From Calditrichaceae bacterium (GTDB taxonomy: Bacteria > Calditrichota > Calditrichia > Calditrichales > JBFXGD01), in the NCBI GenBank assembly GCA_050173015.1, contig JBFXLE010000012.1:32001-96000 (forward strand): a DNA stretch of 64,000 nt, written 5' to 3'. This document shows, piece after piece, positions 60,261-64,000 of the stretch. Each line of letters begins with the position of its first letter. The first letter of the stretch is position 1. A program made the translations under genes and the position numbers. The notes beneath the pieces are model-generated. The model ran no database searches. It worked only from the letters and a program-made list of their open reading frames with translations, and had not been told where the DNA came from.

Positions 60261-60620
60261 GACAATTTCCCCCTCATGAATTAATGATTAGATGAATTAA
60301 TTAAGTATGAAAAGAACAATAAATTCATTTTAAATCTCAACAGATTAGTGTTGCGATTTGAAGCGTGATCAAGTGGGGGGGGATTAAATGTCAGGTCACA
60401 ACTGTCAGATATCCGTTATAACTGATATTTTCGGTTTTTCATCCCAATTCTTTATATTCTTCTGAGATTATGATATGGTGGTAGATAAATGTGATGGTGA
60501 CTCTATTTGAAAAGATGACAAAATTTACACCGCGGAAGGCGGTGCTGTTGCGTTAAAAAATAATAATTCAAATAGAATAGAAGAAATAATCCCGATCAAA
60601 GCTATCCTATTAGAGATCCA

Positions 60621-62729
60621 TCAATCCCTGCGCAGACGGTTAATCTGATCCACGTCTCCGAGCACCAGCAGACGGTCTCCGGGCTGAATCTCATAATCAG
60701 GAGTCGGTATTGTGCCAGGTCGCCCCGGAATGCCGGCACCTGAACCCGTGGGTTTGCGGACCAGTATCACCTCGAGTCCGTAACGGGAGCGGATATCTAT
60801 TTCACGGATGGTACGCCCGATGAAGCTGTATGGCGGTTCCACTTCCGCCAGTCTGTATCCATCAGTTAATTCCACCTCACGTTCCTCCTGGACGGCGGTC
60901 ACCACGCTGTGCATGCCTCCGGCCAGATCCCATTTGAATATTTCCCGGTTGTAGGCGTCAATAATATCTTTACGTTGTACAGAACCGATCAGTTTTTTTG
61001 AATCCCTGCTTTCAATAACGGGTAGTTCATCCACATTATAACGGCCGAAGGAATGCATCACTAAATCAAGATTGTCATCGGGATAAAGATTTGTCGGCGG
61101 GGGATGGGCGATATCAGAAGCGATAACCAATTCAGCCAGATAGGATTCATCCTTTAAGAATTCTTTCAATTCAAGGATAGAAATCGTTCCCACCAGCTCC
61201 CCTTTTTTGTTAATCACAAAGTACTCCTGGTGCATGCTCCGCATCATACACCGGATCAGCTCGTTAAAGGTATCGTTCGCCGGAATGGTTTCAATGTCTT
61301 TTTTTAGAACATCCTTTACGGCCAGGCCCCGCAAAATGTTGATATCCCGGCCTTCAAATATATTGATTCCCCGCCGCACCAGTTTCATGGTGTAGATGGA
61401 CTCCTTTTTCAGATAAGTGGCAATAAGCACCGAAATAATACATGAAACCATCAAAGGGGGAATGATATGATAATCGTTTGTAAGTTCAAAGATAATCAGA
61501 ATGGCGGTGATGGGAGCATGTGTTGTACCTGCCACTAGCGCGCCCATGCCGACGAGAGCATACGCGCCGGCGTCGGCTGTGATCGCCGGATACATCAGAT
61601 GTACTTCTTTCCCGATCAGGCTGCCCAACATGGCGCCGATAAAGAGAGACGGGGCGAAAATACCACCGGATCCGCCTGAGCCGAGCGTCGCGGAGGTAGC
61701 GGCAATTTTTAAAAATATCAACGCTCCCAGCAGAAGACGCACATCCCGACCCCATAACGCGTCATTTATCGATTCGTAACCGACACCGTAAACTTGCGGA
61801 AAGCCAAGGGCAATGATTCCCACTAACAGGCCGCCGGCCGCTGGTTTCAGATATCCCGGGATGTTTAATTTCTCGAAAAAATCCTGACTCTTGTAAACCG
61901 AATGGATAAACAAAACCGCGATCAATCCCGCCAAAATTCCAAGTATGGTATAGGGGATAAATTCGTACGAACTGACAAGGTTGTAAGCTGGAACACGGAA
62001 CGCGGGAAAGTCGCCGATATAGTGTCGTGAGATAACGGTAGCGACGACTGATGAGATGACGATTGGGCTGAACGCCGGCACCGCAAAGTCACCCAGAATA
62101 ATTTCCACGGCGAATAAGGCTCCGGCGATTGGCGCGTTAAAGGTCGCGGCGATCCCGGCCGCTGCTCCGCATGCCACAAAAGTGCGGAGACGCCGGGCTG
62201 AAACAGCGAGAAACTGTCCAAAAGCGGAACCGATGGCCGAACCGATATGCACAATCGGTCCTTCACGGCCCGCCGAGCCACCGGAACCGATCGTAATGGC
62301 CGCTGCCAGGGCTTTGGCGATCACAACACGGGGGCGTATACTGCCGCCGTGAATAGCGACTGACTCCATCACTTCCGGAATGCCGCTGCCTTTCACTTCA
62401 CGGGCGATAAAATGAACAATGGGGCCGACAATGAGCCCGCCGAGCACCGGAATGCCCAGTTTCTGCCACCAGCTAAGCCCGCTTACCCAGTCAAGGGAAT
62501 AAATATCCGTCTGAAAAAAGGCGTGGTGGGTAATTTTAATCAAATAGCGGAAGAGAATCGCCCCAAAAGCCCCGAGAATACCGATAGCGATGGCCGTGAG
62601 CACCATGAATATATGTTCCGCCCGGCGTAACCGGCCAAACATCCCTACCAACTGTTTGATAAACCGGTGCCTGAGCCTGATAAGGCGGAGAATGATAATT
62701 TTAATAAATCGCCTGAATTCTATGGCCAA
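60621..62729 (-). CDS. ClC chloride/proton antiporter with CBS pair and TrkA-C domain
   Basis: GSGIP, GREGP and GIFAP selectivity motifs; two CBS repeats; C-terminal IPTPDYEIQPGDRLLVLG. Confidence 0.92.
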   Translation of the reverse strand: MAIEFRRFIKIIILRLIRLRHRFIKQLVGMFGRLRRAEHIFMVLTAIAIGILGAFGAILFRYLIKITHHAFFQTDIYSLDWVSGLSWWQKLGIPVLGGLIVGPIVHFIAREVKGSGIPEVMESVAIHGGSIRPRVVIAKALAAAITIGSGGSAGREGPIVHIGSAIGSAFGQFLAVSARRLRTFVACGAAAGIAATFNAPIAGALFAVEIILGDFAVPAFSPIVISSVVATVISRHYIGDFPAFRVPAYNLVSSYEFIPYTILGILAGLIAVLFIHSVYKSQDFFEKLNIPGYLKPAAGGLLVGIIALGFPQVYGVGYESINDALWGRDVRLLLGALIFLKIAATSATLGSGGSGGIFAPSLFIGAMLGSLIGKEVHLMYPAITADAGAYALVGMGALVAGTTHAPITAILIIFELTNDYHIIPPLMVSCIISVLIATYLKKESIYTMKLVRRGINIFEGRDINILRGLAVKDVLKKDIETIPANDTFNELIRCMMRSMHQEYFVINKKGELVGTISILELKEFLKDESYLAELVIASDIAHPPPTNLYPDDNLDLVMHSFGRYNVDELPVIESRDSKKLIGSVQRKDIIDAYNREIFKWDLAGGMHSVVTAVQEEREVELTDGYRLAEVEPPYSFIGRTIREIDIRSRYGLEVILVRKPTGSGAGIPGRPGTIPTPDYEIQPGDRLLVLGDVDQINRLRRD

Positions 62730-62808
62730 TATTCTTCACTCCCGAAAATGAACGGCATGCGAATGTGTAAGATTACAAAATCCCGGGATTAAAGAAAATG
62801 AAAAAAAT

Positions 62809-62997
62809 AAGTAGGAAGTGGGAAGTAGGAAGTAAGAAGTAAGAAGTAGGAAGTAAGAAATAGGAAGTGAGAAGTAAGAAGTAAGAAGTAAGAAGTAGGA
62901 AGTAAGAAGTGGGAAGTAAGAAATAGGAAGTGAGAAGTGGGAAGTGGGAAGTAGGAAGTAAGAAGTAGGAATTAAGAGATGGGAAGTGGGAAGTAGG
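62809..62997 (+). repeat. Tandem array of 27 heptamers, consensus AAGTRRG
   Basis: 189 bp parsed unit by unit: AAGTAGG, AAGTAAG, AAGTGGG, AAATAGG, AAGTGAG and minor variants. Confidence 0.95.
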
Positions 62998-63016
62998 GAC
63001 AAGGCCTGCCTTGTCC
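62993..63016 (+). repeat. GTAG-type REP-like hairpin
   Basis: GTAG-GGACAAGGC-CT-GCCTTGTCC, a perfect 9 bp stem preceded by GTAG. Confidence 0.55.
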
Positions 63017-63217
63017 GGGAAGTTTAAGAAAAAAGAAAAATGATAAAAGAAAAAAGAGAAGAGATCCTTTGTCTGAAACAGGAATTATAGAGCCTTAAGA
63101 GTAGAGACGTCTCAAATTTGCGTGTGGCTGGTCTGGTCTCATAATTTATAAGAATTGATCTTTAAATATTCAGGTTCTATTTTATACAATATTTTTCTAT
63201 AAAATTGGGGAAATTTT

Positions 63218-64000
63218 ATGAAGCATCTGACATTTTTAATAATGCTTACGGCATCGCTTTTCGCGCAATCTGTCGACTGGAAAACCGATTACGAAAAATC
63301 AGGTTTCCTGGAAACGCCCCGTTATGATCAGACCATAGAATATTGTCAGCGTCTGGCAGATGCTTCACCATGGATTTCATATACATCTTTTGGAATAAGT
63401 CCGCAGGGACGGGATCTGCCCCTCCTGATCATTGACCGCAACGGTAATTTTACCCCGGAAGCGGTTCGCGCCTCAGGAAATGTGGTGGTTTATATTCAGG
63501 CGGGAATCCACGCCGGTGAACCCGACGGAAAAGACGCCGGTCTGATGCTCGTCCGGGAAATTGCCGTTACAAAAAAACTTGATGATCTGATCGGCCATGT
63601 GACCATTCTTTTCAATCCCATCTTCAATGTGGACGGGCATGAGCGATTTAATGCGTACAATCGGATCAATCAAAACGGTCCGGAGGAGACGGGCTGGCGG
63701 GTAACGGCGCAGAATTATAATCTGAACCGCGACTATCTCAAAGCGGATGCTCCGGAGATGAGGGCGTTTCTGCGATTATACAACCGCTGGCTTCCGGAGT
63801 TTTTTGCCGACTGTCATGTGACCGATGGCGCCGATTATCAGTATGCCGTCTCCTATAAGTTGGATACCCACGGGATCGCTGATGACGGTCTGATTGACTG
63901 GACGGAGAACTACTATCTAAAAAATATCAAACCGGCAATGGAAAAGAGCGGATTTCCGCTGACCCCTTACGTGGCTTTCCGAAAAGCCCATAATGTGAAA
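63218..64000 (+). CDS. M14 family zinc carboxypeptidase (truncated by window end)
   Basis: Not in the ORF track (no stop in window); manual translation gives MKHLTFLIML signal peptide, GIHAGEPDG (HxxE), NLNRD, DCH. Confidence 0.85.
   Translation, partial: MKHLTFLIMLTASLFAQSVDWKTDYEKSGFLETPRYDQTIEYCQRLADASPWISYTSFGISPQGRDLPLLIIDRNGNFTPEAVRASGNVVVYIQAGIHAGEPDGKDAGLMLVREIAVTKKLDDLIGHVTILFNPIFNVDGHERFNAYNRINQNGPEETGWRVTAQNYNLNRDYLKADAPEMRAFLRLYNRWLPEFFADCHVTDGADYQYAVSYKLDTHGIADDGLIDWTENYYLKNIKPAMEKSGFPLTPYVAFRKAHNVK

Noticed and set aside
62809-62997. Repeat array as a possible CRISPR
   Set aside because: Units are 7 bp with no unique spacers, and there are no cas genes
62736-63002. 88 aa ORF with LLTSYF-type repeats
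   Set aside because: It is simply the translation of the heptamer array, with no other coding evidence

Overview
64 kb of bacterial chromosome of moderate GC, from a diderm organism. The gene content suggests a Calditrichota/KSB1-like anaerobe, which is an inference only. No rRNA, tRNA, CRISPR array or transposase was seen. The left part is mostly housekeeping and stress genes: anti-sigma/rpoE, holA, an NSS transporter, uppP, an hsp20-groES-groEL operon with a sigma54-type promoter, an orphan second groES, and ptsI. Next is an SOS cassette (lexA, a catalytically degenerate LexA/UmuD-like protein, a small DUF6504-like protein and a Y-family polymerase) with two copies of a TGTAC-N4-GTACA operator. 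The middle holds ABC and TRAP transporters, proline dehydrogenase, two paralogous radical SAM/SPASM genes around a GT2 and a flippase-like gene, acs, PiT/DUF47, a subtilase, and a fadR / alkyl-DHAP-synthase-like / glpD-like / FGGY kinase operon. A nine-gene PEGA/LPP20/LpoB/COG3014/transglutaminase-like envelope cluster follows. The most striking locus is 50.9-59.4 kb, a seven-gene candidate extracellular electron transfer operon. It has 4 multiheme cytochromes (33 CxxCH plus 3 atypical motifs, including an OmcE-like tetraheme nanowire candidate), a beta-barrel porin and two NHL propellers. Inverted heptamer-repeat composite elements bracket this locus together with two neighbouring genes. All family calls come from reading motifs by eye; no searches were run.
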